DNA from: Neoconidiobolus thromboides FSU 785
Taxonomy: Eukaryota > Fungi > Entomophthoromycota
Reading direction: 5' to 3'
DNA: 64,000 bases
NCBI GenBank assembly: GCA_025603075.1
Contig: MU626353.1
Location: 17,302 to 81,301, forward strand
The notes beneath the pieces are model-generated. The model saw only the letters and a program-made list of their open reading frames with translations. It did not search any database and had not been told where the DNA came from. The translations under genes were made by a program, and so were the position numbers. Position 1 is the stretch's first letter; every line of letters begins with the position of its first letter. Below, piece after piece: positions 14,401-25,045 of this stretch.

Positions 14401-14718
14401 TAAAAAAAGCATTAAAATCATATAAAATTTAAATAATAAATTCAATCTTACCCAACTAGGACCAAATTTTCTACCTACATCCGTTTCAGCAAAGATATTT
14501 TTAATGGCTTCTGAAAATGGAATACGATTTAAATTAGGTACTGGATAATGTTTTATTTGAATGTGTCCTTTTCCGGAGATTTTGGATTTGTATAAATAAG
14601 GGATTAAGCTAACATCCGTAAATTGATTTCCATCGGATAAAAATAAATCCAATCGGGATTTTGTGATTGAGGCATGTTTATGCATCTTTCCAACGTTCTT
14701 TACACTTTCCTGATACAT
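11441..14718 (-). CDS. AMS1: Glycoside hydrolase family 38 alpha-mannosidase (vacuolar/cytosolic type)
   Basis: One 56-nt intron at 14396-14451; GH38 motifs GHCHIDTAWLWP, FWLPDTFGYS, LYLELHRGTYT, NQFHDVLPGS. Confidence 0.95.
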
Positions 14719-15077
14719 CTTTCAATTGAAAAATTAGTTTTTGAAAAATGCAAGTTTTGAAATTTTATTCAGTAGAATAATGACGTGGGATTTAAATTGA
14801 CATCATTAATTATTAGGGTCATTTGGGGGTGACTTTAAAACTTAAAAGTTGATATTCTTTTTAAATTTATGTGGAAAGGAACAATTTTAGTTTTAAAGCA
14901 ATAATTGCTTTCCTTTGGGCAATAATCTTCGCTATAATAATGCCCAAAATATAAAATAAAGATTAAATAGTATTGAATTTAAATAATATATTTTTATTGG
15001 TGTAATTGTTTGTTATATATTATTATAAAACAATTCAACCTAATCTTTATAATTAATTAATATGCCTTTAATAAACA

Positions 15078-15182
15078 ATATGGGAGTGTTTTTTTGGTTT
15101 CATTATTTTTTATATCTTTCAAGCACTATTAAGTGGAAAATTTGTTAGTAAAATTCTTAAGCACAAAAATACATCCTCATAT
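15078..15182 (-). mobile_element. 105-bp MITE
   Basis: ATAT-GGGAGTG...CATCCTC-ATAT. Confidence 0.9.
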
Positions 15183-16056
15183 TATTTATTATAAAAAAAC
15201 AAAAACGATTTTTTATAATAAATAGCTTTTTCTGATAATGAAATTTTGTTTAAATTATTATAATTATATATATAAGGCAAAGTAAAATAAACTTTTTATA
15301 AAAATTAGTATTTAGTAGCTAAAACTAAAAGCAGTTTAATTAATTGACTATAAATTAAAAGACCTTAGTTTATATAACTAAGATAAACTTAAATCAATAA
15401 GGATAGTTTACAATAAGCTATAAAATAAATAAAACAGAAAACATCACTATAAAATATTGCAAAACTTAATAATTTTATTAAAAAGTATAATATTTTAATA
15501 TTTTAAAAGCTTTAAGCTATTGTATTAAGAAAAAATTATATTTTAACTAGATGACTGTGTATAAAAAACATAGCAGTTATTTTTTATTGTGATCACTAAA
15601 TATAAACATTAAAATATAAAAATGGTGTTTTTTGTAATTAAGTGGGAAAGTTTTTTATACCAAAGCTAAATAAAAACTCTGAATTAATTATACTTGAATT
15701 TAAAAATATAATAACTCTTAATAATAAAATTACCTGAAGCTACTTAAATTTATTATATAAATTACAATTAAGTTAATCATAAAATTGTAACTAATTTTAT
15801 AAACACTTTAAGTGGTTATTATGTAATTAAATATAAATGTAGTAAAGCAATATTTCAAACTTTATAATTTTATTTGATATTAGTTAATTTATTACAAAAT
15901 TAACTAATAGGCTGTAAAACTATAATAGTGAGTATAACTAATTAAAAAAATAATCTCAGTCAATAGTTAATTTAGGTTATAAAAAATAAAAACTCTAATA
16001 AAAATCAGGTATTATAAACAATAATTTAGTGTGGTAATCTAAAATTATAAAATAAA

Positions 16057-16749
16057 ATAAGTTTAAAAACAAAGCAATCTATTAATAATAAATATAAGGC
16101 ACTATTTAACTATAATAAAGGTATCATAAAATAATATGAATATAGATATAAATATAAATGCATATTTATAAAAAAAGCAATAACATAACTAGAAATAAAA
16201 CAATTATAAATATAATAGATAAAAATAAAATTATTATAAATTATTTGAGTTTAAAAAAGATAAAACAAGGCGAGTTTATAGTTTTAAAGTATTTTATAGT
16301 ACTTTTATATCTTTTGATTTGAACTTGAGTTAAAAAATTTTAAAGCTTAAACATTCAAGGTTTAGTGTTTTTTATTACTGCTCACATTTGACATCTTGAT
16401 TATTTATTAAAAAATCTATAGTGCTTTTAAAAAGCTATTATAACTAAGAAATTGTTTAAATTTAAAAACAAACATACTCTAAATTTCAAAAAACATGATA
16501 ATATTAGATTACCTTTTTGTTAGACTGCTATTTTAATATTTGAAAATTGCAAGACTTTATTTTATTCCCAAAAATAATCTGATAAAGTATTTATATTAAT
16601 GTGTCTAAAAAGATATTGAAACAGTTCAAGTATATTAGTGAGGTTGATTTACCATTTTATATATATCTTTGATTGCGTTTACTATGGACGGCGAAAGCAA
16701 TATCATTTATGCTTTTAGTGCTTCCGTTACTAATGATCTTTGGCATTAA
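16057..16749 (+). pseudogene. Full-length pseudogene of the LOR/scramblase-like family (48479 type)
   Basis: Hand translation is collinear with 48479..49141: (ATA)SLKTKQSINN..., VYSFKVFYST...S*KILKLK, FKNKHTLNFKKHDN, KQFKYISEVDLPFY...FTMDGE. Start codon lost; contains stops and frameshifts. Confidence 0.85.
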
Positions 16750-17157
16750 TAATAAATCTAAATATTTTTTTAAACATTTTTTTAAACATAATACTATGAG
16801 ATACATCTTTTAGAACTTTTCGACTCATTTTTTGGTTCAAAGTTGTATAGAGACGATAACATTATCATAGCTATAGTCTCAACAATATATATTAGGTCCA
16901 GATGTAAAGTAAATATTCTAAACTGTTGCTTGGTTTGTCTATCTTGTCACTTTTTCTATCTAAACTGTAGCCGCTTTTCAATCATTGTATATCTGAATTT
17001 AATAACTAAATATTTATAATAAAAATTAAAGACGCTGAACAAGATTGAATAAAAACAAAACACCAATAGGTTTAAAATTTATTAGATATTTAATTATTAG
17101 AATAAAAACACTATACTATTTAATATTTCTTACACTATATCTTTAGTTTTTGATTAC

Positions 17158-18588
17158 CTATTCCCTTACATTTTCAGATAATCTTTCAGTTACATCTTTT
17201 GGCAATATAGTATCGGGTTCAAAAATACTCCCTTTAAACATACAACAACTATCACATAGAGAAACATATTTTCTAGCATGTTTGAAGTAATGCTCACAAT
17301 GCTGACCATCCCCAATTTTGTTTTGGACTTTTATTATATTCTTAATAACATCTGAATTTTCACCATGTGCTAATTTATTGACTCCAGATTTTAAGGCATT
17401 GAAAAATAATTCAATTGGGCTTAAGAACACTGAATATTCAGGTAGTTTTAATATAAATGAAAACGAAGATCTAATGGCTTCTTTTAGCTGATCAGAAATG
17501 GCGTGAGTATTTGTACTGTTAAACACATAGACAATCTGTTTATGTCTATTTTTCGAATATAAATCATACATAAAGTAATCAAAATCTTCTTGGTTACTGG
17601 TGTTGGTTTTTGTCTTATCAACTATTCTATAACTTACAATCCCAAATTCTGATATAGCCCCAATATAATTAACGCTTTTAAGGGTTGATCCTGGCGTCAA
17701 AATAATTCTCTGTCCTTCAGATCCATCTTCATTTTGATTAATAGTATGACGATTAAAATAAACCTCATCAATATAAATAAATTCGCGCGGCAGTAATCTT
17801 TTGTATTCTTCAGCATATCGTTTTCTTTTTAAAATCATTTCCTTGTCATTCCATATGTTTCGAATTTGAGCACTTTGCTTATAAGTAATATCCAGCTTAT
17901 TTTTAATATTACATATTGTAGTTTTGGATATATCTATCTGCTTTTTTAATAAAAAGTCCCTTATGTGTTTTATCATGGTATCATGATTTCTTGATATATA
18001 ATCATAGATAAGGTCGGTAGTTTCTTCATTTACTTTTTTATAATTACCATATTTCCTTAAATCACCAAGATCAAGATTAAGAGCCATCTTCTTCTTTTTT
18101 CTATAGACCCTTGCTATAAAAGCCTCATACTTTATATTTAACAAGTCGGCACCAAGTTTAGACGAAATCTTCCCATCCAAAACGTTTTCAAAAATCAAGT
18201 CGGCGTTGATTTTCTTAGCTAATTTATCATCTGGCTCTTCTGCTTTCTTTTTACGCTTTGATAACTTTACTTTTCCTAATCTAGATGATTTATTAAATTC
18301 AATCATCTCTTTATTGATATCAGTTATCATTCTCTTCAGCTTATTGTACTTTTCTTCAAGTTCAGGATTTGTACTAAATAGCCTCAAAGTCTCAGATTTA
18401 GTAAGAACACTAGTGCTATCTCCATTATATAACTTTAATTCGCTAATATCCCCTCTACTTATGACAACTAGCTCATTACCTGGAATGCTACATTCGTTAT
18501 TTCCATTATCAAATTGATTCCCATCATTTAACTGGCTATTATCTTCAACTTCGTTAACATTGTCAATAAGCTTCCTAATTTCATCCAT
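17158..18588 (-). CDS. IS630/Tc1-mariner transposase-like protein, catalytic triad D,N35E (probably inactive or domesticated)
   Basis: Two HTH-like regions, then FIYIDE...VFNSTNTH...LPEYSVFLSPIE; intact 476-aa ORF; no TIRs found. Confidence 0.85.
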   Translation of the reverse strand: MDEIRKLIDNVNEVEDNSQLNDGNQFDNGNNECSIPGNELVVISRGDISELKLYNGDSTSVLTKSETLRLFSTNPELEEKYNKLKRMITDINKEMIEFNKSSRLGKVKLSKRKKKAEEPDDKLAKKINADLIFENVLDGKISSKLGADLLNIKYEAFIARVYRKKKKMALNLDLGDLRKYGNYKKVNEETTDLIYDYISRNHDTMIKHIRDFLLKKQIDISKTTICNIKNKLDITYKQSAQIRNIWNDKEMILKRKRYAEEYKRLLPREFIYIDEVYFNRHTINQNEDGSEGQRIILTPGSTLKSVNYIGAISEFGIVSYRIVDKTKTNTSNQEDFDYFMYDLYSKNRHKQIVYVFNSTNTHAISDQLKEAIRSSFSFILKLPEYSVFLSPIELFFNALKSGVNKLAHGENSDVIKNIIKVQNKIGDGQHCEHYFKHARKYVSLCDSCCMFKGSIFEPDTILPKDVTERLSENVRE

Positions 18589-18655
18589 TATAAACTTAAA
18601 AAATAAAAGGATTTTTTATTTATTTTCCGAATATAATATTTGAATCGATAGAGAA

Positions 18656-18690
18656 CTATTTAAATTACGTAATCGTTGCATTTAAATGAA
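18656..18690 (-). promoter_or_regulatory. Conserved bipartite palindromic motif upstream of transposase-like gene 1
   Basis: CTATTTAAATTACGTAA-N6-CATTTAAATGAA, identical at 23366-23400; 68 bp from the ATG. Confidence 0.65.
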
Positions 18691-18961
18691 GCAAATGATC
18701 TGTTAAAATATTAGCTTTAACCCAAACGAAATTTGCAATAAGATTTCGAATTAAATGAATTGCATGTAAAGATAACAATTTCATTATTCACTCACCTATA
18801 AAGATCGAAGGTTTAGGACTAGGTGTGAAATTCTATCAGGTCTTTAGAACTTTAAAGCTTACTAATATGCTTGGCTGATAAAAGGAAGCCAAAAGAATTC
18901 TAACCAAGGAATATACATTATCAATTAAAAGTATATGCACTGTAATCTAGAATTTAGAAAA

Positions 18962-19140
18962 ATGAGTTTATAAATAAAAAGACTTATTAATAACGTATAT
19001 GAAGTATCACCTAGCTATAAAGATATACTGGGTAGTAGCAAAAGTATCAGAGCATACTTATAAGAGGTAGTAATATGACTGAAAATGGAACAATATTTAA
19101 ATACTCAACAAAATTTTACTATAAAACAATTTGATTTTTA
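18962..19140 (+). pseudogene. 5' fragment pseudogene of the LOR-like family (48479 type)
   Basis: MSL*IKRLINNVYEVSPSYKDIL...GSNMTEN vs MSLETEKPFNNQLEAPPSYNDTL...GSSNMADN; upstream ~100 bp is also homologous. Confidence 0.7.
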
Positions 19141-19263
19141 GCTTAAATATGTTTTTACATTAATTGTTTACCTAATTTTAATTGTTTATTGAAAAAATTT
19201 ATGTTAAAAGTGTAGTAACCATAGTTTTCTCAGAGGCAATTTGTTGAAATAGTGTAATACTTT

Positions 19264-19366
19264 ATATGGAGATGTATTTTTGTGTTTAGAAGTTTTACTA
19301 ACAATCTTTCCACTCAAATAGTGCTTAAAAGATAGAAAAAGTGATGAAGACAAAACACTCCTATAT
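19264..19366 (+). mobile_element. 105-bp MITE
   Basis: ATAT-GGAGATG...CACTCCT-ATAT. Confidence 0.9.
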
Positions 19367-19802
19367 GTTTAAGTTTAAGCTCAAATTTAATTCTTTATTC
19401 AGATTTTAGCTTAAGTTTTTATTTGGAGTTACTTCGTTTGAAAATAATAATTCAACAATAGAACTTGATTAGGAAATTGAAGGGCGGCATGCAGCGGTAA
19501 ACCTACGTAAAAAACATGTGTAACAAATGAGCTAGAACTTTGTCACTAAAAGCTCAAACCTAGTCAAGCCCAATGTTAAATAAACCCTTATAATTTTATT
19601 TGAAATTAATTAATCCAATTAATATTAATTAAATGAGTAGTTTAATCGCAATTGATGGTAGGAATTAGTTAAAGAAGTAGGTTCATTAATAGTTTATTTG
19701 GCCAACAAAAAGAAGCCTAAGGTGTTCTAATTAAGAATACAAATACTAGAGTTAAAGACATAAAAGATAAAGCTAAAAAAGCAGAAATTTAGAGATAGCA
19801 AA

Positions 19803-20437
19803 ATGAGTCTAAAAATAAAAAAGACGTCTTAATAGTGGATACAAAACACACTCTTTCTATAATGAGGCACTCGAGAAGGATAAAAGTATTAATGCACACT
19901 TACAAGGAAGTATAAACATGGTTAGATATGAAACAACTACATACACAATAAATAAAAATGGGCTTATCACAAGATCATTTGAATTTATAGTTTTGAAGTG
20001 TCTTTTAATACTTTAAAATATCTCGATTTATACTTAGGTCAAGATATATTAGAATCAAAATATCAAAAGTTTGGGCTTACTATTGTTAGTACTACTTAAG
20101 ATCTTATTTATTATGAAAAATCCCAGAACGCCACCACCAAAAGGTTACCATGGTTAAGGAAGGTTTTGAGTTTAGAGATACATATACTTTAAATCTTAAA
20201 AAACACGATAATAGTATGGTAACTTTTTATTGGAGTTATGATTTGTTAGAAACAAGTAGACTTAGTTTCTAAAAACAACTGTTATTTGAATGAAATATTT
20301 AAAATTTTAAAAAAAATACTTTAAGATAGTTTAAGTATACTGATGAAGTCGATTTACTTGTCTACTTTGTATCTTTAGCTACCCTTATTATAGATATTAA
20401 GACTAAATCTTCTCTAGCTACTACTTTTATTAATTAA
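19803..20437 (+). pseudogene. Pseudogene of the LOR-like family (48479 type)
   Basis: YTINKNGLITRSFEF, VSFNTLKYLDLYLGQDIL, KVTMVKEGFEFRDTYTLNLKKHDNSM, FKKNTLR*FKYTDEVDLLVYF; internal deletion, frameshifts and stops. Confidence 0.9.
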
Positions 20438-20590
20438 TTTTAATAACTTATCTATATATTAATTTTTGTATGTATTAAAAACAGACGTGATAACTTACAT
20501 TTAGTTTCAAATTCTTTCAATTCTCTTTCTTAACATTATCATACCAACTTTATAGCTTATCATCATAAGGGAAGTTTTCAAAGTTTGAAG

Positions 20591-21205
20591 TTATGCAACT
20601 AAATGGTTTCTCCTCTTTACTGTTTTTGAATTATTTAATACAATCGTTGAAGTAAACAACAATATTTACAGATCATATTCGTCAACAGTTATATGCTGAT
20701 TTACCACATTCGTTGAAAATAAATGAAATTTGAACCCTAAAATCAAATAATACTTATTATTAAACATATTCCAATCAGTCACATATTTACTTCTTTCCCA
20801 TCTAGACTCTGTCGTTTTATTCTAATGATCGATTAAGTAAATACAAAATACTAGTTTATTACAAATGGTTTTATTATTTAGCTTAATGGCCGAATATTTA
20901 TTGGTATTAATGAAGCAAATGATTTCCCATGTTGTAGAAAAAGTCAGAGATTACACTTTTTTAGCTTCAAAACAGTGGTGATTGAAATGCTCCAAAATTC
21001 TCCTGATCTGATGCCTGCCTTGCTAGTGTATTTCGCTCCCTTATCTTTTCTAAGTTGAATTGTTTTTCGCTAAAGCCAGTTGTTTTTATTGTGTAAATTT
21101 TGGCTTTAGTTTGATTCTCGCGATTGTTAACAGGTATCAAAGCTGGTGTATCTGCTTCCTTACAACTTTATTGTAGGCTAGTGGGGTCACTAATTCATTT
21201 GTCAT
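20591..21205 (-). pseudogene. Pseudogene of the LOR-like family (51568 type)
   Basis: KIYTIKTTGFSEKQF, TTWEIICF...KYSAIKL, VVNQHITVDEYDL*ILLFTSTIVLNN vs ASYTVTVEGFFEKQV, NWEIITF...RYSAITL, TLNQYYIIEEEDLNIFLFTLSIIIVDN. Confidence 0.85.
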
Positions 21206-21848
21206 TTTTATAGTTAGTCTTAAGTTTACTTGGCTTACCTTATATACTCTTTTTTAGGGTTTCCTATTAGAAGTTTCAATTTCTTTATTTGTCGATTTTT
21301 AAGTTGTACTATAAACCTACTGCAATATAAGAATGGGTGTTATCAATTTTAGTGTTATGGAATTTGATAGTTGTGTTGTAATAGTAACATTTTAGTATTA
21401 TTTCTAAAAAATAGTCACTATAGCACACCATTCGATATTTATATTTTATTATTACTAGGAAGAGTAATCTAAAGATAACTATTAAAAGGTAGATTAAATA
21501 ATTCATAAAGTAATCTTATTATATATAAAGAGTAGTGATTAAATTATACAAAAATAACTACTCCATTATACCTATAGCTTCAGCTCTTACAAATTGTGTT
21601 TAGAGTAAATTAAATACTTCAACTTGCCATTTGTTTTATTGATCTTGCTACTTGTTCTATTTGAATCTACTCCTTTTTCAAGCATCATGTACCTAAGCTT
21701 TACAATTTGATATTGTAATAAGAAATCAAAAATGAAATGAAATGAAATAGAAACAAATAAAATTGATAACTTTAAAATTTAATAAACTCATTTATTAATA
21801 AAGCATGAATAATCTTATACTAAATCTCACTCAGGTATTCATGCTTTG

Positions 21849-23297
21849 CTAATTTTTGTTTAACAACTCACTTACATTTTCAACTGATCCTTCTGGCTGA
21901 TCTTTTGGTAACAAAGTATTGGGTTTAAAAATATTCCCTTTAAGCATACAACAATTTTCGCATGCAGAAATATAACTTTTTGCATGTTTGAAGTAACCAT
22001 CACAATGCTGAATATCCCCAACTTTATCCTGAACTTCTAATATACTTCTAATAATATCTGAATTTTCATCGTATGGTAGGTCATTAATTCCAGCTTTTAA
22101 TGCATTAAAAAACAATTCAATTGGGCTCAAAAACACAGAATATTCGGGTAAAGTTAATATATATGAATTAGAGGACTTAATCGATTTTTTTAGAGCATTA
22201 GAAACTACATGGGTATTTGCACTATTAAATACATAGACGATTTGTTTATCGCTATTTTTTGAATACAAATTATCCATGAAGTCATCAAAGTCATCTTGAT
22301 TATTGTTAATAGTTTTCGTTTTATCAACTATTTTATAACTTTCAATCCCAGATTCCGATACAGCTCCAATATAGTTAACGCTCTTGGGAGTGGACTCTGG
22401 CGTTAAGATGTATTTTTGTCCTCTGAATATACCATCTTCGCTTTCGTTGATAGTATGACGATTAAAATAAACCTCATCAATATAAATAAACTTATATTTC
22501 ATTAATTTCTTGTATTCTTCGATAAATAATTTTCTTTTTAAGATTATTCCTTTATCATTCCACATCTTTGAAACCTGGGCTGCTTGCTTATAGGTAATAT
22601 CAAGCTTATGCTTAATTCTACTTAACGTAGCTTTGGATATATCTATTTGCTTTGTTAATAAAAAATGTCTTACTTGCAATAACGTGGTATCATGGTTTCT
22701 TGATATAAAGTCATAGATGAGGCCGTTTGTTTCTTCATTTGCTTTTTTATTCTTCCCATTCTTTCTTAAATCATTAACTTCAACGCTTTCAGTCATCTTC
22801 TGTTTAGTTCTACAAACCCTTTTATGAAAAGTATTATAACTTAGGCCTAGTATATCGGCACCAGTTCTAATTGAAATTTTTCCATCCAAAACACTTTTAA
22901 AAACTAAATCGTCACCAATCTTTTTGGTTAGTTTATTGTCCTGCTTCTCTAATTTCTTTTTACGTTTCAATATCTTTGTTTTTTCTGATCCAAATAAATC
23001 ATTAAATTCACGCATTTCTTTATTGATATCAGCTACCATTCTCTTTAATTTAGTATACTTTTCGCTAAGCTTGGGATTTGTACTCAATAGCTTCGAAGCC
23101 TCAGATTTGCTAAGAACATCGGAGCCGTTTTCACTATATAACTTCAATCCATCAATTTTCTCTCCAGTTGAAATATCTACTCCATGAACTGGGATGTTAT
23201 CCTCACTACCTCCATCATCAAATTGGTTCTGGTCAGATACTTGGTTAGAATTCAAGATTTTGTCAATATTATTTGTAGGCTTGGTATTATCTTCCAT
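21849..23297 (-). CDS. Second IS630/Tc1-type transposase-like paralog, D,N35E
   Basis: Paralog of 17158..18588 (roughly two-thirds identical in the core, by eye); FIYIDE...VFNSANTH...LPEYSVFLSPIE; the ATG at 23297 is homologous to the start of copy 1. Confidence 0.85.
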   Translation of the reverse strand: MEDNTKPTNNIDKILNSNQVSDQNQFDDGGSEDNIPVHGVDISTGEKIDGLKLYSENGSDVLSKSEASKLLSTNPKLSEKYTKLKRMVADINKEMREFNDLFGSEKTKILKRKKKLEKQDNKLTKKIGDDLVFKSVLDGKISIRTGADILGLSYNTFHKRVCRTKQKMTESVEVNDLRKNGKNKKANEETNGLIYDFISRNHDTTLLQVRHFLLTKQIDISKATLSRIKHKLDITYKQAAQVSKMWNDKGIILKRKLFIEEYKKLMKYKFIYIDEVYFNRHTINESEDGIFRGQKYILTPESTPKSVNYIGAVSESGIESYKIVDKTKTINNNQDDFDDFMDNLYSKNSDKQIVYVFNSANTHVVSNALKKSIKSSNSYILTLPEYSVFLSPIELFFNALKAGINDLPYDENSDIIRSILEVQDKVGDIQHCDGYFKHAKSYISACENCCMLKGNIFKPNTLLPKDQPEGSVENVSELLNKN

Positions 23298-23365
23298 TAT
23301 GAAATTTTCATAAATAAAAAGATTGTCATTTATTTTTCTCAAACAACTTTTGAATCAACAAAAAC

Positions 23366-23400
23366 CTATTTAAATTACGTAACCATCACATTTAAATGAA
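23366..23400 (-). promoter_or_regulatory. Conserved bipartite palindromic motif upstream of transposase-like gene 2
   Basis: CTATTTAAATTACGTAA-N6-CATTTAAATGAA; 69 bp from the ATG. Confidence 0.65.
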
Positions 23401-23420
23401 ACAGCTGATAAATTGTAAAT

Positions 23421-23470
23421 ATTTGGGGATATTTTTTCTACTTAAAAAGTTTACTAACAAATTATCTAAC
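23421..23470 (+). mobile_element. MITE fragment (5' end)
   Basis: ATTT-GGGGATATTTTTTC...TTTACTAACAAATT. Confidence 0.55.
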
Positions 23471-24126
23471 TTCATTTTATTAAAAAGTGGACAAAGATAT
23501 ACAATAAAAAAGGCGCTCTCATTTCCTTTACATTGATGAAAATTTTCAGATTAAAACTTTAAAATGATATATAAAATTGACAAATTGCCCTTATTTATTA
23601 TAAAAAACTATATAAATTGTCATAAAAAGATATAATTTATTAAAGTTATAAATTTTTTATTCAGCTTTAGTACCACTATTTTTAAAAAAACTGCGAAGTC
23701 TTTTGTAAAGGCGTCTAAAGCTTTTATAAGCATCTAAGGTAATATGATTTAAAAGAAAAAGAATTGAGATAATGGATATTAACAAACATGTTAAAATTAC
23801 TTTTTATTAACCTTGGTTTTTGTATTAATAACATTAAAAATTTTAATTTTAATGCTAAACAAAATGGTTAAAATGAGCCTTTTCAAGCTTCTAAAATTCA
23901 AATTTTGTCCTTATATTAAAGACTTATATAAAAATTAATATAAAAGTTACTTACCTTGCTTATCATTTAAATATATATGTCGATTTTTAAAAAAATTTGC
24001 TATATGAGTTATTTTTTATTTGATTTAATAAAGTAAATAAATAAATTTTAAAAGTTATACTGAATAACTTTATAATAAAACTATCTTTGTAAAAGTAAAA
24101 TGAAATGATAGGAATTAAATAAAAAT

Positions 24127-24217
24127 ATTTTGGGATATTTTTTTGGCTTCATTACTTTTTCCCTTCTTTAAGCCCTATTTGACCAAAAAGATTATTAATA
24201 AAATTCTTAAAATACAT
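24127..24217 (-). mobile_element. MITE, truncated
   Basis: GGGATATTTTTTTGGCTTCATTACTTTTTCCC...AAAATTCTTAAAATACAT. Confidence 0.8.
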
Positions 24218-24373
24218 TGTTTATTAACTGTAAGAATTAAGCTAAGATGCTATTTATTAAAGCATATTTGTAATACCTGATTAAAAATTTTAATATGACC
24301 AGATTAAATCAGTATACGCAAATTTATAAAGGCAAGTATTTGTATTAAAATAATAAAGCTTTGATTTAATAAT

Positions 24374-24474
24374 ATATAGGGATGTATTTTTTTAAGAATT
24401 TTACTAACAATCTTTGGACTCAAATAGCGCTTAAAAAAACGGAAAGTAATGAAACTAAAAAAACATCCCCGTAT
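24374..24474 (+). mobile_element. 105-bp MITE
   Basis: ATAT-AGGGATG...CATCCCC-GTAT. Confidence 0.9.
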
Positions 24475-25045
24475 ATTAGAGGAGGTTTTGAAATATATAT
24501 TAATATTTTTTACAATTAAAAATTATTACTAAAGCATTTCAGTATTAAGTTTTTTAATAATTAAAAATCAAATATACATATCGGCAAGATTTTTTTATAC
24601 CTTTTGCTAAAAGTCAATAATATTGCATTTTTATAATGTTATAATATAAGATTTAAAAATAGTAAGTTGGAAATCATTTTAAATTATCTCCACAAATTTT
24701 ATAATTGTCTGTGCTCTCTTTACTAAGATCTATTATTTTGAAAATACCCCCGTATAAACCATAAACACCTCATAAAATGATGTTTAATTTTAAGTCCTTC
24801 TGACGAAACTTATAAAGTCTATTATTCATTGTAAATTGCTATTTCTGTGATCGACTACTATTTAAACTCATTAAATTTATTAATCAATTATATAAAGTTC
24901 ATAAAACTAAACTGTAATTTCTACAACAACAATTTATTACAAGACGTAGGAGAAGATAAAACTTAACTTATTTAAAAACAGGATAAGATTTGGAATTAAA
25001 TAAATAGCATGCAAAAAGATCTAAAATTCGATTCCTTATCCCTTT

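Noticed and set aside
17158-23297. These ORFs as the active transposase for the MITE
   Set aside because: The catalytic Asp is replaced, and the MITE target sites are not strictly TA as required by Tc1/IS630 enzymes
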